Below, one piece after another: positions 26,895 through 27,956 of a stretch of 27,956 nucleotides of DNA. The position numbers and the translations under genes are program-made. Each line of letters begins with the position of its first letter. Within the stretch, counting starts at the first letter, position 1. Source of the DNA: Thermofilaceae archaeon. GTDB lineage: Archaea > Thermoproteota > Thermoprotei > Thermofilales > Thermofilaceae. Below the pieces are notes generated by a model. The model was not told the DNA's origin. It worked only from the letters and a program-made list of their open reading frames with translations, and ran no database searches. Where the stretch lies: NCBI GenBank assembly GCA_038727095.1, contig JAVYWK010000024.1:1-27956 (forward strand). Direction: 5' to 3'.

Positions 26895-27956
26895 TTATTT
26901 AGCCTGCAAAACCCTCTTCTTCCAGTCAATGTAGTGTAGCAGATCATCGCGGAGCGAGGTTAAGAAGTCCTTCGCGCACGCCTTGTGGTCTATCGTCCAC
27001 TCACCTGTCGACGAGTGAGCCACAACCCTCACAGTCTCCCCCGGCTCCCTCGGGAGGAGTATCTTAGCCAGGTACATAGCCGCTCTCTCCGACCGGAAGC
27101 TGATGAGCGCCTCGATCTCCTCGATCCTCCCGTCCCTCCTCCTGACGTCAACCCTCATGTAGATCGGACCCCAACCCACCGGCGGAGCCCTATGAACGAG
27201 GGATTGGACGTAGCGGGCGAACTCCTCCGCGTCGCCCGTTATCCTCAGGGGCACGTACGCTTCCGCCATATCCTGGTAGACCTTCACTTCGGCGGACTTC
27301 CTCAGCATGAGGCGGCTCGGTACGACTTTAAGCGCCGCTTCTCTAGCGGGCAGTACGCTCCCGATCACGGAGGGCAGTAGGGCGACGAGAACGCTCATCA
27401 GGGCTGGGCTGAAGGGCGAGGGTTTGACAGCTACGACTCTCACCGGGATGAGGCTTTGGAAGAACTGGCCAAGGATGAAGCCGGCAACTCCGCCGAGGAT
27501 GCCGTAGCTGAGCCCTTCGATCAGCACGAGAGCTGAGACGTAGGCGGGGCTGGCTCCCAGCGCGCTGACGGTTGAGTACTCCTTCCCCCTCTCGTACATC
27601 GAGCCGAGCAGCGAGATCGCCACTACAGCGGCGGAAAGGAGGAGGACGATCATGAACTCCGGAACCGCTGTGGCTTGGACGAACTCACCCACGATCACAA
27701 GGCAGGATGCTGCAGACCCGTCGGCCTCGCAGGCTCTGAACGATTCGTACACGTACGTGGTTATCTGGGCGCCGCCGGAGGTCGTCATGTTGCCGCTCCA
27801 CACGTAGCTCATCCTAACGAGCTGATCCCTCAAACCTGCTGGAGGGTCACCCTCTAGCAGCAGCTTGTACACTTGCAGCCCGGGTGGGGCAAGCTCGAGC
27901 GGCACGATGATGATGCCTTGGGATTGCGCTTGCGGTAGCTCGAGAAGCGGGGTCCC
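26895..27956 (-). CDS. FtsX/MacB-domain membrane protein, 3' part; the frame stays open past 27905 to the window edge
   Basis: SMYERGKEYSTVSALGASP...LIEGLSYGILGG...LPAREA matches the FtsX permease pattern. The 17 codons upstream of the track start (GTPLLELPQAQSQGIII) contain no stop. Confidence 0.8.
   Translation of the reverse strand, partial: GTPLLELPQAQSQGIIIVPLELAPPGLQVYKLLLEGDPPAGLRDQLVRMSYVWSGNMTTSGGAQITTYVYESFRACEADGSAASCLVIVGEFVQATAVPEFMIVLLLSAAVVAISLLGSMYERGKEYSTVSALGASPAYVSALVLIEGLSYGILGGVAGFILGQFFQSLIPVRVVAVKPSPFSPALMSVLVALLPSVIGSVLPAREAALKVVPSRLMLRKSAEVKVYQDMAEAYVPLRITGDAEEFARYVQSLVHRAPPVGWGPIYMRVDVRRRDGRIEEIEALISFRSERAAMYLAKILLPREPGETVRVVAHSSTGEWTIDHKACAKDFLTSLRDDLLHYIDWKKRVLQAK

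Noticed and set aside
1-27956. CRISPR arrays, tRNA/rRNA genes, IS elements
   Set aside because: No regularly spaced repeats, cloverleaf-like sequence or transposase/integrase ORF seen by eye. Short structured RNAs could have been missed.

Overview
This 28 kb window looks archaeal: TATA/BRE promoters just upstream of start codons, AGGTG-type Shine-Dalgarno sites and oligo-T terminators. Gene content and style suggest a thermophilic Thermoproteota such as Thermofilaceae (inference). Left to right it carries: the 5' end of a GH2 beta-glucuronidase/galactosidase divergent from an MFS permease; an ABC-2 exporter; an AfuABC/FbpABC-type importer followed by a glycerophosphodiester phosphodiesterase; a vapBC pair preceded by a 40-bp inverted repeat; an AT-rich three-gene module (YbjN-like protein, TM/Pro-rich/zinc-ribbon protein, double-zinc-ribbon PrsW protease); DUF488; a carbohydrate cluster (GH106-like, membrane-anchored DUF4832-like GH, Opp/Dpp ABC importer, GH3); and the 3' end of an FtsX-domain membrane protein. 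The two most striking observations are a circularly permuted family-5 solute-binding protein (OppA) and the YbjN / zinc-ribbon / PrsW module, a candidate archaeal regulated-proteolysis signalling system. I saw no rRNA, tRNA, CRISPR array or transposase. All family calls come from motif recognition by eye, not database searches.
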